Shown in pieces: positions 24,221 through 37,550 of a stretch of 64,000 bases of DNA. How positions within the stretch are numbered: the first letter of the stretch is position 1; each line of letters begins with the position of its first letter. Under the pieces are notes generated by a model. The model ran no database searches. It was not told the DNA's origin and was given only the letters and a program-made list of their open reading frames with translations. Position numbers and translations under genes: made by a program. The DNA lies in the NCBI GenBank assembly GCA_964016885.1, contig OZ024759.1:29140001-29204000 (forward strand), given 5' to 3'. Source of the stretch: Eledone cirrhosa (Eukaryota).

Positions 24221-24577
24221 CCCTGGATGTGGGCACCATGCAGAATGGGAAGACGACAAAACGAGGTCACACATTTCACACGCGCACAAAAAAAAATACA
24301 AAATACATTAACGCAAACAAAATGGTGCTTCTGTTGCCAAAAGACAAGGGGCTGCTTGCTGCCATTGCAATATTTAATTTGAAGACAGAAATTTGCCACA
24401 GTTTTATACCAGATTTAGTCGTAGTTGGTAGGTGTTCAATCCCCCCAACAACCAATAACAAAAAAAAAATAATAATAATCAATTTGATTTTTATTTCAAA
24501 AAATAATAAAACCTTTGTGTTGCTGAATGAATGCATGTCGTGCAAATTAGACTGATTATTTCAGTTATTTTTTAGGC

Positions 24578-27136
24578 TGTATCTGGTTTACAATAGGTAC
24601 ACTGTATCTCTGTGTGTATCTGGTTTACAATAGGTACACCATATCCCTGTGTGTATCTGATTTACAATAGGTACACTGTATCTCTGTGTGTATCTGATTT
24701 ACAATAGGTACACTGTATCTCTGTGTGTATCTGGTTTACAATAGGTACACCATATCCCTGTGTGTATGTGGTTTACAATAGGTACACCATATCCCTGTGT
24801 ATATGTGGTTTACAATAGGTACACTGTATCCCTGTGTATCTGGTTTACAATAGGTACACTGTATCCGTGTGTATCTGGTTTACAATAGGTACACCATATC
24901 CCTGTGTATCTGGTTTACAATAGGTACACCATATCCCTGTGTGTATCAGGTTTACAATAGGTACACTGTATCCCTGTGTATATGGTTTACAATAGGTACA
25001 CCATATCCCTGTGTATCTGGTTTACAATAGGTACACTGTATCCCTGTGTATCTGGTTTACAATAGGTACACCATATCCCTGTGTGTATCAGGTTTACAAT
25101 AGGTATACCATATCCCTGTGTGTATCTGGTTTACAATAGGTACACTGTATCCCTGTGTATATGGTTTACAATAGGTATACTGTATCCCTGTGTATATGGT
25201 TTACAATAGGTACACCATATCCCTGTGTATATCTGATTTACAATAGGTACACTGTATCTCTGTGTGTATCTGGTTTACAATAGGTACACCATATCCCTGT
25301 GTGTATGTGGTTTACAATAGGTACACCATATCCCTGTGTATATCTGATTTACAATAGGTACACTGTATCTCTGTGTGTATCTGATTTACAATAGGTACAC
25401 TGTATCTCTGTGTGTATCAGGTTTACAATAGGTACACCATATCCCTGTGTATATGTGGTTTACAATAGGTACACCATATCCCTGTGTGTATCAGGTTTAC
25501 AATAGGTATACCATATCCCTGTGTGTATCTGGTTTACAATAGGTATACTGTATCCCTGTGTATATGGTTTACAATAGGTACACCATATCCCTGTGTGTAT
25601 GTGGTTTACAATAGGTACACCATATCCCTGTGTGTATCTGATTTACAATAGGTACACTGTATCTCTGTGTGTATCAGGTTTACAATAGGTACACCATATC
25701 CCTGTGTATATGTGGTTTACAATAGGTACACCATATCCCTGTGTGTATCAGGTTTACAATAGGTATACCATATCCCTGTGTGTATCTGGTTTACAATAGG
25801 TATACTGTATCCCTGTGTATATGGTTTACAATAGGTACACCATATCCCTGTGTGTATCAGGTTTACAATAGGTATACTGTATCCCTGTGTATATGGTTTA
25901 CAATAGGTACACCATATCCCTGTGTATATCTGATTTACAATAGGTACACTGTATCTCTGTGTGTATCTGGTTTACAATAGGTACACCATATCCCTGTGTG
26001 TATGTGGTTTACAATAGGTACACCATATCCCTGTGTATATGTGGTTTACAATAGGTACACCATATCCCTGTGTGTATCTGATTTACAATAGGTACACTGT
26101 ATCTCTGTGTGTATCAGGTTTACAATAGGTACACCATATCCCTGTGTATATGTGGTTTACAATAGGTACACCATATCCCTGTGTGTATCAGGTTTACAAT
26201 AGGTATACCATATCCCTGTGTGTATCTGGTTTACAATAGGTATACTGTATCCCTGTGTATATGGTTTACAATAGGTACACCATATCCCTGTGTGTATCAG
26301 GTTTACAATAGGTATACTGTATCCCTGTGTATATGGTTTACAATAGGTACACCATATCCCTGTGTATCTGGTTTACAATAGGTACACTGTATCCCTGTGT
26401 GTATCAGGTTTACAATAGGTACACCATATCCCTGTGTGTATCAGGTTTACAATAGGTACACCATATCACTGTGTGTATCAGGTTTACAATAGGTATACCA
26501 TATCCCTGTGTGTATCAGGTTTACAATACGTACACCATATCACTGTGTGTATCTGGTTTACAATAGGTACACCATATCACTGTGTGTATCAGGTTTACAA
26601 TAGGTACACCATATCACTGTGTGTATCTGGTTTACAATAGGTATACCATATCCCTGTGTGTATCAGGTTTACAATAGGTACACCATATCACTGTGTGTAT
26701 CAGGTTTACAATAGGTACACCATATCCCTGTGTGTATCAGGTTTACAATAAGTACACCATATCCCTGTGTGTATCAGGTTTACAATAGGTACACCATATC
26801 ACTGTGTGTATCAGGTTTACAATAGGTACACCATATCACTGTGTGTATCTGGTTTACAATAGGTATACCATATCCCTGTGTGTATCAGGTTTACAATACG
26901 TACACCATATCCCTGTGTGTATCTGGTTTACAATAGGTATACCATATCCCTGTGTGTATCAGGTTTACAATAGGTACACCATATCACTGTGTGTATCTGG
27001 TTTACAATAGGTATACCATATCCCTGTTTGTATCTGGTTTACAATAGGTACATCATATCCCTGTGTGTATCTGGTTTACAATAGATATACTGTATCCCTG
27101 TGTATATCTGGTTTACAATAGGTACACCATATCCCT
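24578..27136. repeat. 35/37-bp satellite, roughly 70 copies, in last FGFR intron
   Basis: ggtttacaataggtacaccatatccctgtgtgtatct with variants. Confidence 0.97.
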
Positions 27137-28847
27137 TCCTGACTAAAAGGGGGACTGCAACAGGAAAGGTATCTGGCCATAAATAAAACATTGTTTCAAA
27201 AAGGACCCCATGATGGGTATGAAGTCAAGTAGAGCTACTGACTTCACAAAATCCCCACACTCTACATGGTACCAGCACAAGGGAGGTTTTATGTCTTTAA
27301 CATAGCAGATGAGTTTTCCTGAACCCTTCCTATCACCAACCACTTTACAGAGTGTATTGGGTGCATTGTGTAGTTATTTTAGTCTGGCATATCTCTGATT
27401 ACCTTAGCCAGTATGTCTCTTCTTTTTTAAGAGAGTACAGTGTGAAATGGAGGAGATTTATGTGTTATTTCTAGCAGGTCAAGTGACCACTTAGAGGCTC
27501 CTAGAGCAGTTATTGTGTGCAGTGAAATCTTTAAAACAGGAGTATCCAACTTTTTCACTACCAAGACCAAGAACTCCTTTCATTTAAATGACCCCCCACC
27601 CCCACCCCACCCCACCTCTTCAGGGTCCCCCTCTGCTACAAATACTCCCTTCTCTAATAGTTGTAAGGCAGACAAGAATAACAATGGAAAGAGAGAAATG
27701 TTTATATTTAGGGGACAATGGCTACCCAATAGTGTGTGCTTGTTTTTAATCCTTTTGATGCCAGGTCAACTGAAGTATTTATATTTATCTGAAAATATTT
27801 TTATTATAATTCTATGTAACAACTTTCGTTAAGTTATGTTCCATATTCCAACGTAGTAATGAGAAAGATCTATTATTAGATACTTCAAAATGATTTTGAA
27901 GATCACTAGCAGTGTCTTTGATTAGAAATATGGTAACAAAAGGGTTAAACTGTTATATTTATTTAAAAACCTTCCATTATAATTCTATGTAAGAAGCATT
28001 GTTAAGTTATGTTCCAAACGCCAACTAATAATGATAAAGTTAGTTATTTTACTAAATCCCTCCAAATTCTTGATTATTTTCGAAACCATAGGCAATTTCT
28101 TTCATTAGAAACATGGTAGCAAAAGGCTTAACATTATATCAGATATAGAATTTATTCTGTATTTAGGAAATAGATAGCAAAATCTGTAAATTTTCTTAAG
28201 TAATAAATAATTTATAAAGGTGTATATGGACATATACTGCATTTTTATGTATAATAAACATACATATAGACTCACTGCCAAATTAATGTCTGTTTATTGT
28301 AGAGTTAAGGAGTTCAACTCTCAATTGTAAGACTGAGTTCAATTCTTGGTTGCACATTGTGTCCTCGAGCAAGTCATTTTATTTCATGTTGCTTCAGTCT
28401 TTGCAGCTGACAAAAATGACTTGTACCTGTGATCCAAAGGGTATGTCTTGTAACACAGTCTGTGTCATGCTGAATCTCCCTGAGTACTACGTTAAGAGTG
28501 TAAGTGTCTATGGAATACTCAGCGTCTTACACCTGAATTTCACAAGCAGGCTGTTTTGTTGTACAAACAACCAGAAAATTCATCATGAGAACCAATTGAG
28601 GTTAAACATATACCTGTTATTCAAAGGGTCAGTCTTGTTACACACTGTGGAATACTCAGCCTTTTGCGCCTGAATTTCATAAGCAGGCTGTATGTTTGTT
28701 TAACAATAGCATTGTACATAAATATAATGTATATGAGTCTCTATACACCTTTATTCTGCTAATTAGAAATAAATAATTATATTTTACTATGTATGTCTAA
28801 TTCTGTGGCTGTCAAATAATATATATTTTTTTCTTTGTTTCTTACAG

Positions 28848-28961
28848 AAATATCTTGAAATTGAAAGCCCAACTAGTACAACGTCTGACAGCCAGTATTC
28901 ATCTATGTCACATAGCAGCACTAGTAGTACCGAAGGTGTGTCTCGTGCAGAGAGCCAGTGA
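28848..28961 (+). CDS. FGFR: FGFR terminal coding exon (KYLEIESPTSTTSDSQYSSMSHSSTSSTEGVSRAESQ*)
   Basis: Long pyrimidine tract + ttacag, phase 0; NE|KYLEI aligns with the PLC-gamma-docking EEYLDL motif of vertebrate FGFRs; TGA at 28959-28961. Confidence 0.9.
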   Translation, partial: KYLEIESPTSTTSDSQYSSMSHSSTSSTEGVSRAESQ

Positions 28962-29117
28962 TTGGTCTATATATATATGTATGTCTGTGTGAAGCTCGAA
29001 TTTTCGAACTTAGGAAGTGCTGGGAAGATAAATTTATAAGATGTAGGGTGCCCAAGCGCAGAAAATAACTGCAATTACAGTCAGTTGCTGTAAAAAAATC
29101 AAGTAAAGACCTTTAGA

Positions 29118-29206
29118 GGTCCCTTAACTCCATGGTTAGAGCACCTAGCCGGTATCTGGGTGATACCAAGTTCGATTCTTCGTAGCAATCACTGGCAACA
29201 TTTTTT
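29118..29206 (+). mobile_element. tRNA-like Pol III head in FGFR 3' UTR
   Basis: A box-like TAACTCCATGGTTAGAGC, B box AAGTTCGATTC, T6 at 29201-29206; no convincing cloverleaf. Confidence 0.55.
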
Positions 29207-29458
29207 CCATCTCTATGGGTCTTTACTGTTTTATAGTAACTGGCTGTAATTGCTGTAATTTTCTGAGCTTAAGCACCCTACATCTTCTCATATATATACG
29301 TATATGTGTATATATACACACATGTGTATATATGTATATATATTTACTCATACATATAAACATTACATTACATATTATCAATGCAATGTTTAACTCTAAA
29401 ACATGTACGCTCCTGCTGCTACCACTACTGTTGTCCAAACTTTATCGCCAACTCTTCT

Positions 29459-29497
<39 letters not shown>

Positions 29498-30220
29498 AGC
29501 TACTACTCGTGTTCTCATCAACCCACACAAGTTGTCATGGCTACTACTACTACAAGTTCGTGGTACCTTCGTTCATCTACCTACACAAGTCAGGATTACC
29601 ACTACAAGGACATGGCACCCTCTCCCCGCTCCCTCAACCCACCAACACACAAGTTGTCATGGCAACTACTACTATCTTTACAAAGACATGATCCTTTCTC
29701 TTTCCCTACCCCTGTCTCATTCACCCACCGATGCTATTGTGATGTGACTACAAAGATTCCTCACCCTACCATCCCTCCCCTCTCTCATGTTTTTGAAGTA
29801 ACTGTTTACCTAGGGGTGCCTTCCTCTGGGAAATGTCCACTTGGGCTACCTTCCTTTCGGAAGTGTACACCTAGGCTACTTTCCTCTGGGTACTTTCCTC
29901 TCATGTCTTGTTTCCACCTGGGTATACCTTTCCTTTCATCTATATAGTTTCCACTTAATTAATACCTACCCTTTGAACTCACCTTTCACCTGTATAAAAT
30001 GTTCACCTAATTATTGCCGACCTTTCATCTGTATAAAGTGTGTTTACCTGGTGCTTACCTTCCTCCCGCCCCTCATCCATGAAAGGGTCCACCTAATGCC
30101 TACCCTTCCAACTACTCAATAACTCAGCCCCTCCCTCTATTTGCTAGAGATATCAGCCGTGGATTTATACCCTATGGTCAGTGATGATACTTAGGACTTT
30201 TGACCAACCGACAAACACTG

Positions 30221-30254
<34 letters not shown>

Positions 30255-30422
30255 CAACGCCACTACCACCAACTTCATCATCATCATCATGGCTTGTAGT
30301 AAAATGAAGAAGAAGAAGAAGAAGATATGTGATATAAATGGATTGTGGTGTTTTTTAGTCTGGCTTTTCACCTTTTTTTTTTTTTTTTTTATTTAGCCAA
30401 GACTTCCTTTCTGCATATTGCA

Positions 30423-30910
30423 AATAAAGACCTGATGATGAAAATATAAGCTATATATATATATACATATATGTATTTATATATATGCATGTATGTGTAT
30501 ATCTATACATATATATGTTGTTTTTATTTCATCGCTTATGTTAGTCAAATCAAATACATATACACACACACAATGAAAGAAAAAGACTTAATAAATATAT
30601 TAAAACATGACTTTCAAAAAAGAAAAAGCAGGGTGGAGGAAATAATGAAAAAAAAACCACCCCCTTTATGAAAGAAATTCAATAAAATAAAACAGATATT
30701 AAAAATAAACTTTGACCAACTTCGGGGCAATTTTTGAGGGGTGGCACAAAAAAGTGCTCCTCTGAACAATTGACAAAGATTCCTGTGCTTTTTAGAACTC
30801 TTTTAAAGTCACACTTGTATTATAATAAACATTATTACAAAAAAATGTGTAATAATAATAATAATAATATTAATAATGATGTTGTTTTTAAATGAGAGAT
30901 AAAATAAAAT
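30423..30910 (+). terminator. Cluster of candidate polyadenylation signals ending the FGFR 3' UTR
   Basis: AATAAA at 30423, 30681, 30824 and about 30903 with T-rich sequence downstream; AT-rich background makes the true site ambiguous. Confidence 0.4.
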
Positions 30911-31534
30911 TTAAAAAAAGACATTAGAAAATTTTGATTAAAGAATATTTTGTTTTGTTTTTTCAAGAGAGAACAGCAGCACACATTTTAGGGTCTTTTT
31001 TTTTCTTGTTTAAGCAAGGGTTTATTATAGGGACGTTGTTGAAACAGGGGTTGTGAGGTCCCTTGAGTTATGTATAGATCAAGAGAAGCAAGTAAATAAA
31101 AAGTAAAAAAAGAAGACGTGGTGGACCAGAAATATGAACAAGAACATAATGTGTGTAGAGTGAAAATATTAACACTGAGTGCAAAAAGATGAAAAGGATC
31201 TGATGTTTTGGGATAAACCCTTTATCGAAGTAGAGTAGGAGATGGAAAGTGTAAGAATAAAATAAGAAGTGTTAGAAGGATATCAGGCTGAAGAACAGTT
31301 GTGTTTCAAAGTGGTTGTGCTGGTGACAAGACAAAAAACACCCAGTCCACACTGTAAAGTGGTTGTGTTGGTGACACATTCCACACTGAAAATGTGGTTG
31401 GCATTAGGAAGGGCATCCAACCATAGAGACCAACCCAGAAGCTGTTCTTAATAACCAAGACACAGTCATCTGATCTGACTTGTCTAACCCATGCTAACAT
31501 GGAAAAATGGACATTAGATGATGATGATATCCTT

Positions 31535-31920
31535 TTTCATCATCATCATCATTTTATGTCCGTTTTTCCCTGCTTGCAAGGGTGGGACGGGTCTTATTCA
31601 GCACAGCATCTCTCCACTTGTCACTCTCCTTCGTCATCTCCACTGTGAGCTTCAGCGATCTGAAGTCTGTTCTCACCACCTCCGCCCATGTTTTCGTGGT
31701 CTACCTCTACCACGTCTTCCTTCAACTGGCATTTCCTGGCACTTCTTCACCCATCGGTCATCCTCCATGCACATCACATGTCCATACCACTGCAGTCTCC
31801 TCTCTCAACACATCCATGCTGGGTCGTTCACACACATTGACATTGCACATCCAACGGAGCATGCTTGCCTCATTTCTCTCCAACCGTCGCATATCCTCTG
31901 CAGTTGCTGTCCAAGTCTCT
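31535..31920 (-). mobile_element. RTE-clade LINE 3' fragment (second family)
   Basis: Minus-strand RLQWYGHVM, GRGRPRKTW; related pieces at 46000-46560, 58500-58690, 61110-61300, 62380-63140. Confidence 0.8.
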
Positions 31921-32050
31921 TTTTAGATGTCATCATCATCATCATCATCACCGTTTTAATCTTCCACGCTAGCATGTAGAAATAGATAATCATTTGAATG
32001 ATGCCATAGGGATAGATGTGTTTCAAATTGCTACATTCTATTGAGTGTGC

Positions 32051-32100
<50 letters not shown>

Positions 32101-32141
32101 ATATATATAAACATGCAGAACAGGATTGAAAGGTAACTTAC

Positions 32142-32208
32142 ATAATTCCACAACAGGTTCTGTGATCTGCTTCAAGTCAACAATATTTTCAGCAGTGGTG
32201 GCAGCCAT
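32142..32208 (-). CDS. Candidate minus-strand exon (MAATTAENIVDLKQITEPVVEL), product unknown
   Basis: ttttttcggtgttcttcaacag acceptor, gtaagt donor, open frame from first base, non-repetitive. Confidence 0.45.
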
Positions 32209-32629
32209 CTGTTGAAGAACACCGAAAAAAAATCAATAAAAATTAAAGAAATAAACCAATCTTCTTGTGAAGAATGTGGAAACTCTTGGAGAAGGAGAAG
32301 AAATCTTTAATCTTTATTTATTATTATCATAATGCACTGGGGTCGATTTAATCAACTCCCTCCCTGCAATAAAAAATTTGTTGACCTTGTCCCTTTACGG
32401 ACTGAGTTCAAAACCCGCCGAGGTTAACTTTGCCTTTCATCCTTAAGGGGTCGATAAAATAAAGTACCAGTAATACACTGGAAAATTGCTGGCCTTGTGC
32501 CAAAAGTAGAAACAATTATAATAAAGTCAGTACCTGTAATGCACTGGGGATGATTTAATTGATTTTTTCACTCGCCTCAAAATTGTTGTGCTTGTGTATA
32601 AATCAGGAACCATTATTATTATATTTCTT

Positions 32630-32822
32630 GGGCGGTGGATTGGCAGTATCGGTAGAGGGTCGGACGCCATGCTTTCCAGCATAGTTACGTCCCTTTACGA
32701 TCTGAGTTCAAATCCCGCCCAGGTTGACTTTGCCTTTCATCCTTACGGGCTCGATAAAATAAAGTACCAGTAATGAACTAGGTAATTGCTGGCCTTGTGC
32801 CTAAAGTAGAAACAATTATTAT
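32630..32822 (+). mobile_element. SINE family 1 copy
   Basis: Very few differences from 5172-5360, suggesting a young subfamily. Confidence 0.9.
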
Positions 32823-34614
32823 TATATTTCTTATTTCTAATTTTTGCCACAAAACCAACAAATTTGGGAAAAGGTTACTTAACCCTTTAGCATTTAAACT
32901 GACTTATCCAGCCAGAATTCTTTCACCTCTTTCTGTTCAAACTACCATAACCAGCTGCTCATACAGATGTAAAGGTATTGTTCCCAAAATAAATAATATC
33001 AAAATCTCATAGATTCGATAGCCTTTACCATGAAAATATAATAGTAAATATAAAGTAATGTAAATGCTAAAGGGTTAAATCAACCCAAGTATTTGAATGG
33101 TGGTACTTTATTTTATCCATCTCGAGGATTTACGTGAAAATTTCCATTAATGTGATAGTCATAGTATTTTGTACTTTTCAAGTATGTCTGGCTAATGTGA
33201 TTTGATAATTCAAATGTTTATAGTATCTTTACTAGTTGCCAGATCATCATCATTTAATGTCCACTTTTCCTTGCTTGTGGAAATTTACAGTAAACTAAAG
33301 TCTTATTTAATGTAATGCAATCATATTGCTGTTTTTGTAGCTTTCAAGAATGTGCTAATGTGGTTCCATGTGATTTGTTAATTCAAATATATATAGTATC
33401 TTTACTAGTAGACAGATTGTAGTGAAAATGTGCAATAAACTAAAATAAGTAAAGACTACAATTTTTATTGTGATGGAGTCATAGTGCACTTACAAGAATG
33501 TGGTTATGTAGTTTCGTATATCTGGCAATAAAAACTGTTTTGTGGAATAGGAAACCATGAATGTTATTTATCGTTTATTCTAAGATAACCCACTAAAATT
33601 TCTCCTCCCATCTTTCATTCTGTTTGTTTGCTTTATTAAAAACAATACCAGTCTTTATGTAGTCTTCTTGTTAAAGTAAAGATACTATTGAAATATATAA
33701 ATATATATATATATGTGTGTATGTGTGTGTGTGAGAGAGAGCACAGGCGTGTATATAAATGTCTTGCTAATGTGGTTTGTTAATTTAGATGTTTATAGTA
33801 GCTTTAGTAGTTGACAGCTTGTGAAAACTTACAGTAAACTAAAGAATTTATAATGTGTTACATTATATATACATATACATTAATATCTAGCAACTGGAAA
33901 GACTGGCGAAAACATTGTTTACTCGGTCGGATTTTACGAAAGTCAATCGATATCATCATCATCATCATTTCATTTTACGTCCACTTTTTCCCTGCTTGCA
34001 AGGGTGGGACGGGAACTGATTCTGGCTTGATTTCTACAGCTGGATGCCCTTCCTAACACCAACCTCATTTACAGTGAGTGCTGGGTGCTTTTTTGCCGTG
34101 GCACCTCCACGACCACTTTGCAGTGGAATGATATGGACCTCAGTCCCTATCATCTCATTTCTACAGCTGAGTAAACTGGAGCAATGTGAAATAAAGTGTC
34201 TTGCTCAAGGAAACAACACATCACCCGGTCTGAGAATTGAACTCACAACCTTTCGATTACAAGGCCAATGCTCTAACCACTAATATATCATCATTATCAT
34301 CACTGTTTAATGTCCATTTTCCATGCTAGCATGGGTTAGACCAGTTGTCCCGTTGTGAGATAAGTCAGATCAGATAACTGTGCCTTGCTCACACACAACT
34401 GTTTCTGACTTGGTTTCTATGGCTGGATGCTGTTCCTAATGCCAACCACAATTACAGTGTGTACTGGGTGCTTTTTATTGTGGCACCAAACGATCACTTT
34501 ACATATATATATTATTCAGAATATTAATAACTCCAGAAAACTTCCTGTAGAGTGCTTTTAATCTAATGTAAAATATATTCATTGAGTAATCAATGAACCA
34601 TATTAATCTTTGGT

Positions 34615-34646
<32 letters not shown>

Positions 34647-37011
34647 CACATGGACATGATTATAGACAAGTGCATGTGTATATGTCTGGCTCATGTGGTT
34701 TGTTAATTCAGATGTTTATAGTATCTTTAGTGTGGACAGATTGTTGTGAAAATTTGCAGTAAACTAAAGACTTTATAATGTGCAACATATATGTGTGTGA
34801 ATGTGTATATATATATATTATATATATATATATCAGTAGACCTCATGTAGATTATGATCTCAAAAGGTGTAAGGAATGTGCAAACATGGGAGGTCTTAAA
34901 AGACATGAGAGCACACAGTCAGAACCAAGCAGTGGAAAGTTAGTATAGGCACAAGGCCTGTAATTTGGGGGAAGGGAAAGTCGACTAAATCGATCCCAGT
35001 ACATTACTGGTACTTTATTTTATCGACCCCGCAAGGATGAAAAGTAAAGTTAACCTTGGCAGGATTTGAACTCAGATCATAAAGGGAAGTAACTATGCTT
35101 CAAAGCATGGCGTCCGACTCTCTACTGATACTGCCAATCCAGCGATATATATATATAATGAACAAGAGAGACGGGTTTTCAGATCATAAAGGGAAATAAC
35201 TGTGCTGCAAAGCATGGTGTCTGACGCTCTACCGATACTGCCAATCCACCACCCTTATATATTTTATGTAAAGAATGGAGTGCTCAAGCACAGAGATTCT
35301 ATAAAATAGAATGAAGACCCTTAAAGACAAAAAAAGTAGTTGCCATTGGCCATTATGAGGAATAGAGCCCCATATATCCCATATACCAGCTAGATGATTT
35401 AAATCATTAAGCTACGTAAAAGACTGAGAGATCGGCTTAGTATACATGATATATATGTATAGATATAGATATATTATGTATACAGTAAGGTGAGATAAAT
35501 CTGAACAATATTTATGTTTATGATATATAGTCTCCACTTTACCTAGACATACAGTAGCGGTATAATGGTCCTGCTTATGATATATGTACATATTCCTCGA
35601 CAGCATTGCAAAGATTGGTGCGGAGATATTCCGGTTGTGACGTATATGTGTTGCTTCCATGGGCAACAGCTTCATTGTTTATCAGTGTGTCAATCAAATC
35701 TGTACACTACAACTACAACAACAACTATTTCTATCTTGGATTAGCTGCTGACAAGACAAAACAGAAGGTATGGCACAAGCCATGTGTTCTGTGAAACTAC
35801 AACAGTAACAACAACACTGGGGAGAGAGGTTTTATCAAACAACTTATCATATATACAACATTTTCTGGGTAAATGTATATATAAAGAGGGATGCCTGCTG
35901 TTTGTGGTTCCTCTTCTCACTGAGTTACTGACATTGCATTTTAATGGGTGGGTGGAGGTGAGGAACGGTGAGATAGACAGCCATCACCATATGGAAACAG
36001 CACATCAGGTGTGTATATAAACACACACTCGCACACTCTCACAACATATGTTTCATGAGAGTGTATAATATTTAAATGTTAATAACATCCTGTAATCATT
36101 TAGCAAAAAAATGTTTTACCAATGTTGTTTGTTCATCCAAATGTTTATAGTGATTTTCCTAGTGGACAGATCGTTGTGAAAATTTGCAGTATTAGAGTAA
36201 CGGAATGAGAATTGGGACTTTATTTTCTAATGTGATCAATCATAGTGCTGTTCTGTACATTTCATGAATGTCTTGTTTTATATATATATATATATAATAT
36301 AAAAGAAACAAAGAACACTGGTATTTAAGTCAATGTCTAGCACACTCAATGAAGCTGCCGAATTGCAGTAATGCAACTGCAAGTAGCTGTTCAGAGTGTT
36401 GACATTTAATTAATAGCAGTTATGGTGGCTGCATTTTAATAATAATAATAATGAAATATTGTGTACAGTGCTCAGGTGCAACTCATCAAAAAGTGTATGT
36501 ATAGTACATAGGGTAATGTACAAACATCAGGAAAATGAACAGTGCATGAGTCATGATACACACATGTCTGCATGTGTATGGAAGGGGTACATCAGGTGTA
36601 GTTTTGGCGTATTTCGGGAAGCATGAGTGTCTTAAAGGATGCAGTGTCTCGGCAGCTAACAACTGATGCAGGCAGTTTGTTCCATGCTTCAGCAACTCTG
36701 AGCGTGAAAAAAAAATATTTTGGTAGAGATAAAAGTAAAACTCTCAACTCCTGGATGATATCGTTTCAATATATATGTGTATGTAAATGTTTTGATTGAG
36801 TCCTCACTATGAAGGAGTCAGGTCTATCATATCAATCAAGATCTTGAGTCAATCATCTATGAAACATATGTAACGGTTGATATACAATAAAAATATTTTA
36901 AAATGGAACTTCATTATATTATATATATATATATAATGGTGGAGAGTTTGAGGGTTTAAAGTTGAGAGATGAAGGGAGATTGTGGAGCATGGCCTATTAT
37001 ATATTTAATAT

Positions 37012-37550
37012 ACATTTTACGAAGGCTAAATAGTGAGTCTTGTTACTCTGGAGCTTTACCTGTTTATCACAGGGGCATCATCTTGTCTGATGACCCTGTG
37101 ATAACAGGCGAAATTCCAGAGTAATAATTGTTTTTACTTTTGGCACAAGGCCAGCAATTACCCAGTGCATTACTGGTACTTTATTTTTATCAACCCCGTA
37201 AGGATGAAAGGCAAAGTTAACCTCGGCAGGATTTGAACTCAGAATGGCAAGGGCCGTAACTATGCATCAAAGCATGGTGTCCGACCCTCTACCAATACTG
37301 CAAATCCACTGCATTTACTGCCAAGTAATAATTGTTTCTACTTTTGGCACAAGGCCAGCAATTACCCAGTGCATTACTGGTACTTTATTTTATCGACCCC
37401 GTAAGGATGAAAGGCAAAGTTAACCTCGGCGGGATTTGAACTCAGAATGGCAAGGGCCGTAACTCTAAGCGTCAAAGCAAGGCGTCCAACTCTCTACCGA
37501 TACTGCCAATCCATAAGTAATAATACTCACTATTTAGCCTTAATAAAATG
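37012..37550. mobile_element. Palindromic family-C hammerhead element interrupted by two tandem SINEs
   Basis: aaggctaaatagtgag near 37022 is mirrored by ctcactatttagcctt near 37526; two minus-strand SINEs at about 37125-37512 bounded by agtaataat repeats. Confidence 0.65.

Noticed and set aside
24578-27136. 35-37-bp repeat array as a CRISPR-like locus
   Set aside because: Units are contiguous with no unique spacers, no cas genes, eukaryotic intron.
29118-29206. Functional tRNA gene
   Set aside because: Acceptor stem does not pair; looks like a SINE head.
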